NCBI GenBank assembly: GCA_045635225.1 | Contig: JAZRBV010000024.1 | Location: 49,989-113,988 of the forward strand | Reading direction: 5' to 3' | DNA: 64,000 nucleotides | Source of the DNA: Eubacteriales bacterium | GTDB lineage: Bacteria; Bacillota; Clostridia; Oscillospirales; CAG-272 | In this document: piece after piece, positions 20,038 through 29,704 of the stretch | How the letters are laid out: each line of letters opens with the position of its first letter | Numbering within the stretch: position 1 is the first letter of the stretch | Translations under genes and position numbers: made by a program | Notes under the pieces: generated by a model | Seen by the model: only the letters and a program-made list of their open reading frames with translations | Databases searched by the model: none | Told to the model about the DNA's origin: nothing

Positions 20038-20817
20038 TTACTCGTGTGTCAACTCGTCAAGCGTACCGAAGGAATAACCCATATTGCGCCATTCGCATAT
20101 CAGCCGCCTCATTATCGAGGCGTTGGTAGCTGACGTCGGGTGCAGAAGAATTACCGCGCCGTTATGAGTATTCGAGAGTACCTTACGTATTGCATAGTCC
20201 TCACTCGGCTGGCGAGCATTGTCCCAGTCCTCGTAGCCGAAGCTCCAGAATATACTCTTATACCCAAGCTCGGATACCGCTCGCACGGTGTTGACGTTAT
20301 ACCTTCCCTCCGGGAATCGGAAGTATCGTGGCATATCCTCTCCGATAAGTGACTTGTACGCATCGGCAAGCTCGACTATCTCCATAGCGAGCGTCGCGCC
20401 GTCGCAAGCGGTCAGATCCTTATGATTAGCGGTATGGTTGCAGACGAGATGCCCCTCGTTGTGCATACGTCGCAAAAGCTCCGGATTTTTTGATATGAGA
20501 TTTTTCAGTATGAAGAAAGCGCCGTGTACCCCCTCTTCTCTCATTACGTCAAGTATTTTTGATACGTTGCCGTTTTCATATCCAACGTCAAAGGTGAGAT
20601 ATATCCGCTTCAGATCCGAGGTGTCTGAAAGCGACTTGTCTATATAATATCCACCGTATTTGCTGACCTCCTCGGCATTTTGCGGAAAACCGGGGCGTAA
20701 ATTTCCGTTACGCTTGACGTACCAGCCGTAGCCCGTTTCGGCATAGGTGCGTGTCATAAATATGCACAGGAGAATCGGTAGTAGAAGTGCCGAAAGTATT
20801 TTTGTGCTGTTTTTCAT
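20038..20817 (-). CDS. pdaA: Polysaccharide deacetylase (PdaA-like, muramic delta-lactam synthesis)
   Basis: YLTFDVGYENG, NHTANH, FRFPEG, FWSFGYEDW, ILLH. Confidence 0.85.
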   Translation of the reverse strand: MKNSTKILSALLLPILLCIFMTRTYAETGYGWYVKRNGNLRPGFPQNAEEVSKYGGYYIDKSLSDTSDLKRIYLTFDVGYENGNVSKILDVMREEGVHGAFFILKNLISKNPELLRRMHNEGHLVCNHTANHKDLTACDGATLAMEIVELADAYKSLIGEDMPRYFRFPEGRYNVNTVRAVSELGYKSIFWSFGYEDWDNARQPSEDYAIRKVLSNTHNGAVILLHPTSATNASIMRRLICEWRNMGYSFGTLDELTHE

Positions 20818-20936
20818 ATTTTCAACCTATAATATTCTGCAGTGGCAATAGTTATTATTAGCGAATAGAATAAAAATAACCGCAGAAAAAAAGAGAGGGA
20901 CACTACCGATAGGTAATGTCCCGTGAAAGGTATAAA

Positions 20937-21113
20937 TTACTTATACTTACGCTTTCTAGCAGCCTCAGCCTTCTTCTTGCGCTTTACGCTGGGCTTCTCA
21001 TAATGCTCTCTTTTGCGAAGCTCGGTCAAAATACCGGACTTAACGCACTGTCTCTTGAAACGGCGAAGTGCGTTGTCAAGAGTCTCATTTTCCTTAACTC
21101 TGATTTCAGCCAT
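20937..21113 (-). CDS. rpsU: 30S ribosomal protein S21 (too short for the ORF track)
   Basis: Manual translation [58 protein letters not shown]; GGAGG RBS; TTGACA-17-TATAAT at 21174-21202. Confidence 0.95.
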   Translation of the reverse strand: MAEIRVKENETLDNALRRFKRQCVKSGILTELRKREHYEKPSVKRKKKAEAARKRKYK

Positions 21114-21253
21114 CTTAATATTTCCCTCCCTTCAATTGGCAAAGAGAAAATCTCTTAAAAAATCAACAAAAGCATTATATTACATTTACGTCGTTTTGTC
21201 AAGTGCTTTTTTGAATTTTCCAAAAAAGAATTTGTTAAATTTTATTAAATAAT

Positions 21254-22114
21254 TCAGTGCTTTCCGGAGAATTGCTTCCCGGCCGCTGTCAGCGTATTTC
21301 GAAGCAGCATAGTAATGGTCATAGGACCCACACCGCCCGGCACCGGAGTGATAGCCGATGCGATCTCTGATACAGGACCAAAATCAACATCACCGACGAG
21401 TGTACCGTCGGCAAGTCTATTGATACCGACGTCTATAATAACGGCACCCGGCTTCACCATCTCACGCGTGATAAAGCGAGGCTTACCGATAGCTACGACA
21501 AGAATGTCGGAATCGGAGGTGATCTTCGCAAGGTCCTGTGTACGCGAGTGACAGAGCGTAACGGTACCGTTCATCTCGGTAAGAAGATGAAGCATAGGCT
21601 TGCCGACTATATTGCTTCTGCCGATAACGGCGCACTTTTTTCCTGTCGGGTCGATACCGTAATGGCGCAGAAGCTCAACGACACCTGCGGGAGTACAAGG
21701 AAGCATATCGTAGTTGCCTATCATTATTCTGCCGACGTTCTCGGGGTGAAAGGCGTCGACATCCTTGGTAGGTGATATGCGCTCTATAACACGGCTTTCG
21801 GAGATATGAGCGGGGAGCGGGAGTTGTACGAGAATGCCGTTTACACGTTCGTCGGCGTTCAACTCGTCAATTCGAGCGAGCAGTTCATCCTCGGTTGTGT
21901 TCTCAGGCAACTCTATCTGAAATGATTCAATACCCGTCTCAACACACGCGCGATGCTTATTGCGCACGTATACGCAGGAAGCGGGATCCGATCCGACAAG
22001 CACTACCGCAAGACCGGGTCTGCAACCGTACTTCTGTGCAAGGATTTCTACCTCGGAGCTTATCTCTGAGCGTATCTTAGATGAAACGAGCTTACCGCTA
22101 ATAATTTCTGCCAT
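21254..22114 (-). CDS. folD: Methylenetetrahydrofolate dehydrogenase/cyclohydrolase
   Basis: YVRNK, ILVQLPLP, KDVD, PCTP, GRSNIVGKP, TPVPGGVGPMT. Confidence 0.95.
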   Translation of the reverse strand: MAEIISGKLVSSKIRSEISSEVEILAQKYGCRPGLAVVLVGSDPASCVYVRNKHRACVETGIESFQIELPENTTEDELLARIDELNADERVNGILVQLPLPAHISESRVIERISPTKDVDAFHPENVGRIMIGNYDMLPCTPAGVVELLRHYGIDPTGKKCAVIGRSNIVGKPMLHLLTEMNGTVTLCHSRTQDLAKITSDSDILVVAIGKPRFITREMVKPGAVIIDVGINRLADGTLVGDVDFGPVSEIASAITPVPGGVGPMTITMLLRNTLTAAGKQFSGKH

Positions 22115-22121
22115 AATTTAA

Positions 22122-23009
22122 TCACTTTTTACGAGACTTTTTCTTTTCGGGAGCAGCAGGCTTACAGTAAAGAGGCTTGTTAGGCTTGCGGAACATAAAG
22201 AAGATGAGAAGCGCTGCTGTGACGGCAAATATAACTGCTGCGAGCACCTGCGAGGTTCTGAACTCCCAGCCGAATATCGTGGAATAGAGGCTGTCGGTCC
22301 TTAGGCCCTCGATGAACATTCTGCCGAGACCGTACCAGCCGAAGATCATAAGGAACTGCTGACCGTCGTACTGCTTACGCTTCGTGAACAGATGCACGAG
22401 AGTGAATCCAAGGATATTCCAGAGCGACTCGTAGAGGAAGGTGGGATGGACGTAAACCATTTCAGTGGTAGCGAAATCAGCGAAGGTATTGCCGTTTTGC
22501 AGGCCCATACGGCAGAACCAATCGGTCTGTGCTCCATATGCCTCACCGTTCATAAAGTTGCCCCAACGGCCGATTCCCTGTGCCAGAAGCACCGCAGGCG
22601 CAACACAGTCGGCGAAGGCAAGGAAGTTGATCTTTTTAAAATAAGAAACAACAAGCACCGTGAGACCACCGGCTATGATACCGCCGTAGATGGCAAGACC
22701 GCCGTTCCAGATGCTGATGACGTCCATAAACGAATGGTAGTTTTCAAGCGTTGTGAAAACGTAATAAAGACGGGCACCGATAATTCCGATTGGAATGGTG
22801 AAGAGCGCATAATCGATAACATCCTCGGGGGTGATACCGATCTTCTTCGCACGCCAGGTGGCGTAGACGACGGCGGCTATCATACCGCAGGTTATTATGA
22901 GCGCGTACCAGGCAATCGATACGTTGTTGAAGAGATTGAGCGCTTCACTATCCACCTCAAACTCGCCGATACCAAGTCCCGGGAATGAAATTTTTGAGAT
23001 TTTAAGCAT
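22122..23009 (-). CDS. lgt: Prolipoprotein diacylglyceryl transferase
   Basis: WY, GARLYYV, GGLAIYGG, GRWGNFMNGEAYG, HPTFLYES. Confidence 0.95.
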   Translation of the reverse strand: MLKISKISFPGLGIGEFEVDSEALNLFNNVSIAWYALIITCGMIAAVVYATWRAKKIGITPEDVIDYALFTIPIGIIGARLYYVFTTLENYHSFMDVISIWNGGLAIYGGIIAGGLTVLVVSYFKKINFLAFADCVAPAVLLAQGIGRWGNFMNGEAYGAQTDWFCRMGLQNGNTFADFATTEMVYVHPTFLYESLWNILGFTLVHLFTKRKQYDGQQFLMIFGWYGLGRMFIEGLRTDSLYSTIFGWEFRTSQVLAAVIFAVTAALLIFFMFRKPNKPLYCKPAAPEKKKSRKK

Positions 23010-23011
23010 AG

Positions 23012-23437
23012 TTACTGATCCTTTGACGTATGAAGTTTTTCTATCACGTCTGAAATTCTGATATTGTCAAGTTTTTTAGCAAGCTCGAGGCTGATGCCGT
23101 CGAATATGTGATGGTAGATGCAGGCAGTCTTGTCGCAGTTGAGCGAGCATCCCTCACCATTATCGAGACAGCGCGCGATTGCGATCGGACCGTCTATCAG
23201 CTCGATGACCATCTTCAGAGTTATCTCTTCAGGAGGAAGCCTGAGCTTATAGCCACCCTTAGCCCCCTTGTAGGATGTAACGAGATCACCCTTAACGAGC
23301 TTATGTAGTATTTTAAGTGTAAATCTCGGAGTTACTGAGGTGCTTTCGGATATTGTGCCCGCATCTATAAGCGTGTCGCGCATTGCCATATCCGTAATTA
23401 TTCTCAAAGCGTAATCCGACTCAAGAGTGATTCTCAT
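23012..23437 (-). CDS. Rrf2-family transcriptional regulator
   Basis: SDYALR, SYKGAKGGYKL, four C-terminal Cys. Confidence 0.9.
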   Translation of the reverse strand: MRITLESDYALRIITDMAMRDTLIDAGTISESTSVTPRFTLKILHKLVKGDLVTSYKGAKGGYKLRLPPEEITLKMVIELIDGPIAIARCLDNGEGCSLNCDKTACIYHHIFDGISLELAKKLDNIRISDVIEKLHTSKDQ

Positions 23438-23465
23438 TACTCTACCGCCTTATGATCTTGCGTGA

Positions 23466-24599
23466 TTATTTTTTGGTTGCGAGCTTTTTAGCCTCATTGT
23501 GCTTATCGAGGATGGCATGTATCTTCTTGGACTGATCCAGAAGATTGCTGATAGTTCTGTCGTGGTTGAGGGTATCGATGATATAGGCAACGTACTTGCA
23601 CATATTTACCTCTGCGTACCACTCACGAGCAAGCAGCTCGGGTGTTCTGTACACCAGGTTAGTTGTAAAGATACGATTGATAACGCCTTCCTTGTAAGCC
23701 TTATCAATATGATCGAGACCGTTGCAGAAGAGACCGAAGGTTGCAAATACGGAAATGCGTTTAGCTCCCTTTGCCTTCAGCTGGCAGGCAACGTCGATAA
23801 CAGAATCGCCGGAGGAGATCATATCGTCTACGATGATGACGTCCTTATCCTTAACATCGCGACCGAGATACTCGTGAGCTACGATAGGATTTTTACCGTC
23901 TACGATAATGGAATAGTCGCGTCTCTTATAGAACATACCGAGATCTATACCCATGACCGAGGAGTAGTACATACATTTGCCCATACCGCCCTCATCGGGA
24001 GAAATGATCATAGTTTTATCGGGATCGATCTCAAGATCGGGATACTCGCGAAGCATAGCCTTGATCATCTGATATGCAGAACGGACGTCCTCGAAGCCGT
24101 GGAGTGGGATCGCATTCTGAACTCTGGGATCGTGAGCATCGAAGGTGATAAGATTGGTAACACCCATTCCTACCAGCTCCTGGAGTGCAAGAGCGCAGTC
24201 GAGAGACTCTCTGTGCGAGCGCTTGTGCTGTCTGCCCTCGTAAAGCATAGGCATAATAACGCTGATGCGGCGAGCCTTGCCGCCGATAGCGCCGATAATG
24301 CGCTTGAGATCCTGAAAATGATCGTCGGGACTCATAGGAACGGTATTGCCATACATATTATATGTTACGCCGTGATTGAATACGTCGCAGATAATATAGA
24401 CGTCGTTACCTCTGAGCGAATGATGAATAGTTCCCTTTGCCTCACCGCTGCCGAATCTCGGGCAGGAGGCATTGACTAGGAAGGAGCCGTCATTGTCGTG
24501 ATGACGCCATTCCTTGAGGTAAAAGTCCACCTGGTTTGCGAAATCCTCGCATCCCTTCATACCAATTACACTGAGTTCACCGTATAAGCTGTCCTTCAT
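23466..24599 (-). CDS. prs: Ribose-phosphate pyrophosphokinase (clostridial long form)
   Basis: RFGSGE, YEGRQHK, DAH, SPDEGG, IVDDMISSGDS. Confidence 0.9.
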   Translation of the reverse strand: MKDSLYGELSVIGMKGCEDFANQVDFYLKEWRHHDNDGSFLVNASCPRFGSGEAKGTIHHSLRGNDVYIICDVFNHGVTYNMYGNTVPMSPDDHFQDLKRIIGAIGGKARRISVIMPMLYEGRQHKRSHRESLDCALALQELVGMGVTNLITFDAHDPRVQNAIPLHGFEDVRSAYQMIKAMLREYPDLEIDPDKTMIISPDEGGMGKCMYYSSVMGIDLGMFYKRRDYSIIVDGKNPIVAHEYLGRDVKDKDVIIVDDMISSGDSVIDVACQLKAKGAKRISVFATFGLFCNGLDHIDKAYKEGVINRIFTTNLVYRTPELLAREWYAEVNMCKYVAYIIDTLNHDRTISNLLDQSKKIHAILDKHNEAKKLATKK

Positions 24600-24694
24600 T
24601 TTTCCACCCCAAAATTAAATTTTAATATTAACAAAACAAAAATGCCGTATCGGTAATTTCAAATAAACTCCTGGCACAGCATAATTACGCATAT

Positions 24695-24723
24695 ATTATA
24701 TAACATAATTGAGTCATTGTCAA
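24695..24723 (-). promoter_or_regulatory. Sigma-A promoter of the prs operon
   Basis: TTGACA-17 bp-TATAAT on the minus strand. Confidence 0.75.
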
Positions 24724-24766
24724 GTGGCAGGCATAAATAAAATATTCACATTTCCGGAGGTAATCT

Positions 24767-25168
24767 ATGTATACAGGCTTCGGCACGCTCTCGGTGAGGG
24801 CGTATACCGCGGGAGCGATCGCTCTCGAGGGGGTGACCGTGCGTATAACGGGAGCCGATGAGGAGAATAGATTTGTCGCCTATTCCCTCTTAACAGACGT
24901 CGACGGTGTCGCACCCGAGGTGCAGCTACCGGCACCGGATCAAAACTATTCGCTCTTACCTACCTCGGTGGAGACGCCGTATGCGACATATGACATAATG
25001 CTCGAGAGGGACGGCTTTTTTACGCGACGTATATACGGTGCTACCGTATTTTCGGGAGTGAGATCCCTACAGCTGGTAAATATGATCCCGACGTCGGAGG
25101 ATACGATAAAAGAGGTGCCGCGTGGCAATCTCAACGTATTTATACCCAGAAATTATGATTTGGAGTAA
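24767..25168 (+). CDS. Stand-alone homolog of the SleC N-terminal pre-domain
   Basis: GTLSV..TDVDG..LPAPDQNYSL..PYATYDI..DGF pattern recalls the clostridial SleC pre-region; GGAGG RBS. Confidence 0.7.
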   Translation: MYTGFGTLSVRAYTAGAIALEGVTVRITGADEENRFVAYSLLTDVDGVAPEVQLPAPDQNYSLLPTSVETPYATYDIMLERDGFFTRRIYGATVFSGVRSLQLVNMIPTSEDTIKEVPRGNLNVFIPRNYDLE

Positions 25169-25173
25169 TTAAT

Positions 25174-26571
25174 ATGCCGCTTACACCTAAAATTCCGGAA
25201 AAAATAGTAGTTCACCTCGGCGCGCCGGATTCCGAAGCGCAGAACGTGACCGAAGCATTTCCGGACTACATAAAAAACGTTGCTTCGAGCGAGATCTTCC
25301 CCACCTGGCCCCGGGAGGCGCTGAAAGCAAATATACTCGCACAGATATCAGTGGCGATGAACCGCGTTTACACGGGATATTACCGAAACGCGGGTTATAG
25401 CTTTGACATAACGAACTCTCCGGCATACGACCAGACCTACGTCTACGGCAGAGATATTTACTCAAATATTTCAATGCTCGTCGATGAGCTCTATAACAGT
25501 TATATACGCCGTGACGGCAACGTAGAGCCTCTGTTCGCAGAGTTCTGCGACGGTGTGGAGGTAACGTGTGACGGTTTGACACAGTGGGGCAGCGTCACGC
25601 TTGCAAACGACGGACTCGATTACGAGGCAATACTACGCAACTATTACGGTGAAAATATAGTTATCGAGCGTGACGTTCCTGTGGAAAATTCAAGATCCGA
25701 AGCACCTGATGTCACACTTCGTGTCGGAGATACAGGGGCAGATATAGAGCTATTGCAACGAAGACTGAACAGAATATCGGTCAATTACCCCGGAATACCG
25801 AAAATATTCCCTGTCGACGGATACTTTGGTCCCGGCACCGAGGACGCGGTGCGTAAATTCCAGGAGGTATTTGGACTGACGGTCGACGGACTCGTCGGGC
25901 GTGCAACCTGGAACGAGGTGCTGTTCATCTATAACGCGGTCAAAAGACTGTACGAGCTGAATTCCGAGGGACTTAATATTGCCGATATAACTACGAGCTA
26001 CGTGACAGAGCTATCGGAGGGATCAAGCGGTGAGGGGGTGCTTACAGTTCAATATTACCTCAGCTACATTGCACAGTTCGTGCCAACCGTATCCGCGGTA
26101 GCATACGACGGCTCCTTTGGACCGGAAACCGCAAACGCCGTGCGAAGCTTTCAGGGTACTTATTCTCTGCCGCAGACGGGAGTTGTAGACCGATTGACCT
26201 GGGACAGAATGGAAAACGTGTACTATAGTTACGTACGTGAGCTTGATTATGAATTCAGAGTCGGAAGAATACTTCCCTATCCCGGCAGGATCATTACGTC
26301 AGGTACTGAGGGGAGCGACGTGCGAGTATTGCAGGAGTATCTGAATTATATCGCAACCGCATACCCGGATATCCCAACGGTAAACGTAGACGGCGTGTAC
26401 GGTCCTGCTACCGAGGCACAGGTTGCGGCTTTTCGGCGACTTTTTAATATGCCGAGCGAATCGAGACGCGTTACTGCACCGCTCTGGGCGGCAATAGCTA
26501 ACGTATACGACGACGTCTACGTAGGTAACGGAGTACAGTCGGGACAGTATCCCGGGTATGAGATAGGATGA
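25174..26571 (+). CDS. sleC: Spore cortex-lytic enzyme (SleC-like catalytic domain) with three peptidoglycan-binding domains
   Basis: IVVHLG, YIKNVASSEIFPTWP, YDQ, CDG..C..LTQWGS; three DGxFG/YGPxT..V..F repeats. Confidence 0.8.
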   Translation: MPLTPKIPEKIVVHLGAPDSEAQNVTEAFPDYIKNVASSEIFPTWPREALKANILAQISVAMNRVYTGYYRNAGYSFDITNSPAYDQTYVYGRDIYSNISMLVDELYNSYIRRDGNVEPLFAEFCDGVEVTCDGLTQWGSVTLANDGLDYEAILRNYYGENIVIERDVPVENSRSEAPDVTLRVGDTGADIELLQRRLNRISVNYPGIPKIFPVDGYFGPGTEDAVRKFQEVFGLTVDGLVGRATWNEVLFIYNAVKRLYELNSEGLNIADITTSYVTELSEGSSGEGVLTVQYYLSYIAQFVPTVSAVAYDGSFGPETANAVRSFQGTYSLPQTGVVDRLTWDRMENVYYSYVRELDYEFRVGRILPYPGRIITSGTEGSDVRVLQEYLNYIATAYPDIPTVNVDGVYGPATEAQVAAFRRLFNMPSESRRVTAPLWAAIANVYDDVYVGNGVQSGQYPGYEIG

Positions 26572-26584
26572 GCGTGGAGGGATC

Positions 26585-27103
26585 ATGTATAGAATTGAGA
26601 ATACTTCGTCGGCAATAAAGGAAATACAAAAATATCTTTCACTTGCGGTGCGCGATATGCACGTTGTTCAGAACGGTAGCTACGACTCTGATACGCGCGC
26701 AGCGGCAGAATCGTTTCAAGGCGAGGTAGGACTCCCGATGACGGGCAGGATCGACTACGCTACCTTCACAGCACTCTTCGAGAGGTACACTGCAGAGCGC
26801 AGAAAAGGCGCGGTAGCAGAGGCTGCCAGAGGTCATCTTTCACTTCCGGTGACACGCGATAGTCCCAAGAAAGATATTTATTCTGTTAATGCAAAAATTC
26901 AAGAAATACTTAAATATTACGGGGCAGAAATCACGGATTACGTGTATAGCATATTTAACGACGAAGTTGAGGAATCGATAGCTATACTGTGTGAAATATT
27001 CAGCTTAGATGGCAGGAAAACGGTTGACGATGAACTGTATGCCCGCATAGTACGAGAGTACAGCTCGATAAAAAAACTTACAGAATCAAACGAGACCGCG
27101 TAA
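26585..27103 (+). CDS. Peptidoglycan-binding domain protein
   Basis: IKEIQKYL..NGSYDSDTRAAAESFQ..GLPMTGRIDYATF, plus a degenerate second repeat. Confidence 0.65.
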   Translation: MYRIENTSSAIKEIQKYLSLAVRDMHVVQNGSYDSDTRAAAESFQGEVGLPMTGRIDYATFTALFERYTAERRKGAVAEAARGHLSLPVTRDSPKKDIYSVNAKIQEILKYYGAEITDYVYSIFNDEVEESIAILCEIFSLDGRKTVDDELYARIVREYSSIKKLTESNETA

Positions 27104-27150
27104 TTTTAGTTGCATGGGACATAATCTCTAAAAAACACTTGGAGAAGAAA

Positions 27151-29550
27151 ATGAATAAATTTACCGAAAAAGCTGAGCGCGCACTGAACGCATCGGTTAG
27201 GATCGCGCAGGAGCTCGGACACACGTACGTCGGAAGTGAGCACCTGCTAGCGGCACTATCAGCAGAGGTCGGCAGCTGCGCCTCGGTGTTGCTGGCACGT
27301 AATAAATTGAAAAGCGACGTAATTCTCGCCACGGTGCGCGAGTATCTCGGATGCGGTACGAAAGCGGAGCTTTCATCACGTGATGCTACCCCATCCTACC
27401 GTCGGATACTGGAGTCGTCGTATAAGGCCGCAAAGCGCTTTACATCCGAGAGGATAGGGACCGAGCATCTTCTGTATGCTATACTCGAGGAGCGTGACTG
27501 CGTCGCGCAAAAAATCATCTTACGTATCGGAGTCGATGCCGTTACGCTGAAGGATAACGTTCTTACGTTTTTACGTGCCAGCGAGAAGGGCTCTGTAGGT
27601 ATAAGCGGAACAAAAGATGCGAATCTGCCCAATCTGACTAAATACGGAAGAAATATGACCGAAGCGGCGGAACGCGGAGAATTTTCTCCTGTAATAGGTA
27701 GAGACCGCGAGACCGAAAGGTTGATAAGGATACTCTCCAGACGTAGCAAGAACAATCCCTGCCTCGTCGGTGAGGCCGGTGTCGGTAAGACCGCCATCGT
27801 TGAGGGTCTGGCTATGAGGATATCAGAGGGGCGAGTCCCCAGATCTTTGATCGGAAAAAGTATCTACTCGGTGGATCTCACAAGTATGGTTGCGGGTGCT
27901 AAATATCGTGGAGATTTCGAGGAGAGAATAAAGAGCGTGCTGTCCGAAGCAGCTAAAAACCGATCAGTAATACTTTTCATAGATGAGATACACACGATAG
28001 TCGGTGCCGGCTCTGCAGAGGGAGCAATCGATGCCGCGAACATTATGAAGCCGGAGCTTGCGCGGGGTGATATTAGAGTGATCGGAGCCACAACTCTGCG
28101 TGAATACCGAAAGTACATCGAGAAAGATTCAGCGCTCGAGAGAAGGTTTCAGCCGATAACGGTAGAAGAATCCACAGAAGATGAGACTTTAAATATTCTC
28201 AGGGGTCTGAAGCCACTTCTCGAGTCTCACCATAACGTTACGATTACAGACGACGCGCTTACACAGGCAACTGTACTGTCCGAGAGGTATATACAGGATC
28301 GATTTTTGCCGGATAAGGCTATCGATCTATTGGATGAGGCGTGTGCAAGAGAAAACAGCACGATATGTTTCGATAACGAAAAAATTAAAAAATTAAATCA
28401 TAAAATCAAGCAGATATCAAAAGATAAATGCCGAGCTATGGCAGATAGAGACTACGAGCTCGCAGCTAATCTCAAGGAACTGGAGCAGATATATCTCGGC
28501 GAATTAAACGGAGAGCTGATGGATAATGAGGAGCTGAGTGCACTGCCCGCAGTTGACGGAGGCAGTATCCGCGAGGTGCTCTCCGAACTGTACGGAGTTG
28601 AGAATATCTCCGGTGAAAATAGCACGGAGTGTGATATTGAGGAACGACTGTCGCGGCACGTAATAGGTCAGAGCGTGGCTACACACGTCCTTGCTACCGC
28701 GATCACTCGCAGCTCGGTAGGACTTGGTGATGAGCGCAGACCGCGTGGCGTATTTCTTTTCATCGGCGAGAGCGGAGTCGGAAAGACCGAGCTCGGTCGC
28801 GCTATGGCTAAGGAGCTCTTTGACAGCGACGAATCGCTGATACGGCTGGATATGTCCGAGTATTCAGAAGCTTATTCGGTATCAAAGCTGGTCGGCTCTG
28901 CCCCCGGATACGTTGGATATGATGAAACGAGTCTGACTCTCGAGAGGGTTCGAAAGCACCCTTACTCGGTGATACTGCTCGATGAGATCGAGAAGGCGCA
29001 TCCGGACGTCATTTCCCTATTTTTACAGATATTCGACAACGGATTTATAACCGATGCGAGTGGCAGACGGATAAGCTTTCGTAATGCGTATGTAGTAATG
29101 ACGTCGAATATCGGTGCCGACAGATTCAAGGGTCGATCGCACGTTGGATTCCTTGAAGGTGAGGCGCGAGAGGACCTACGCGAGGCTTTGCGAGAATATT
29201 TCAAGCCGGAATTTATAAACCGAATCGACGAAATAGTGCTCTTCTCTCGCCTAGACCACGACGCATTGTCGGAGATCGCAGATAAAATGCTGTTAGAGAC
29301 CGCAAAAAGACTCGAGAAATTAGGTATGCATCTCGTATATTCCAAGGACGTCACGCGGCATCTTGCTACACTTGCATCAGAGTCACGCGGATTCGGCGCA
29401 CGTCCGCTCTCGCGTTTGGTAATGCGAGAGATAGAGAATCCGATCGCCGACATCATAGTAAGCAGAGGTGCGGCAGACGGTACAGATGCGTATCTGGAGG
29501 TTCGGGACGGTAAAATCCACATTACAGTTACGGAGAACGCATTGATATGA
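27151..29550 (+). CDS. clpC: ClpC-type ATP-dependent Clp protease ATP-binding subunit
   Basis: Two Clp-N repeats (GSEHLL, GTEHLL), GEAGVGKT, KYRGDFEER, UVR-like middle domain, GESGVGKT, HVGF ClpP-docking loop, GARPL. Confidence 0.9.
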   Translation: MNKFTEKAERALNASVRIAQELGHTYVGSEHLLAALSAEVGSCASVLLARNKLKSDVILATVREYLGCGTKAELSSRDATPSYRRILESSYKAAKRFTSERIGTEHLLYAILEERDCVAQKIILRIGVDAVTLKDNVLTFLRASEKGSVGISGTKDANLPNLTKYGRNMTEAAERGEFSPVIGRDRETERLIRILSRRSKNNPCLVGEAGVGKTAIVEGLAMRISEGRVPRSLIGKSIYSVDLTSMVAGAKYRGDFEERIKSVLSEAAKNRSVILFIDEIHTIVGAGSAEGAIDAANIMKPELARGDIRVIGATTLREYRKYIEKDSALERRFQPITVEESTEDETLNILRGLKPLLESHHNVTITDDALTQATVLSERYIQDRFLPDKAIDLLDEACARENSTICFDNEKIKKLNHKIKQISKDKCRAMADRDYELAANLKELEQIYLGELNGELMDNEELSALPAVDGGSIREVLSELYGVENISGENSTECDIEERLSRHVIGQSVATHVLATAITRSSVGLGDERRPRGVFLFIGESGVGKTELGRAMAKELFDSDESLIRLDMSEYSEAYSVSKLVGSAPGYVGYDETSLTLERVRKHPYSVILLDEIEKAHPDVISLFLQIFDNGFITDASGRRISFRNAYVVMTSNIGADRFKGRSHVGFLEGEAREDLREALREYFKPEFINRIDEIVLFSRLDHDALSEIADKMLLETAKRLEKLGMHLVYSKDVTRHLATLASESRGFGARPLSRLVMREIENPIADIIVSRGAADGTDAYLEVRDGKIHITVTENALI

Positions 29551-29704
29551 TTACGTGACGATTGTCACTAAGATATAACGATCGGCTGAGCCACGTGATG
29601 CGGCTCAGCCAAAATATTTTCATTACCTCTTGAATTAACGTGGCGTTTGTGATAGAATATTAGTTAGCGGCCATCCGCAAATTGCTGAATTTTACGAGGA
29701 CATC

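Noticed and set aside
28378-28400. CGAAAAAATTAAAAAA shared between clpC and ispH (33676)
   Set aside because: Low complexity, encodes EKIKK in both; no promoter hexamers follow it in clpC
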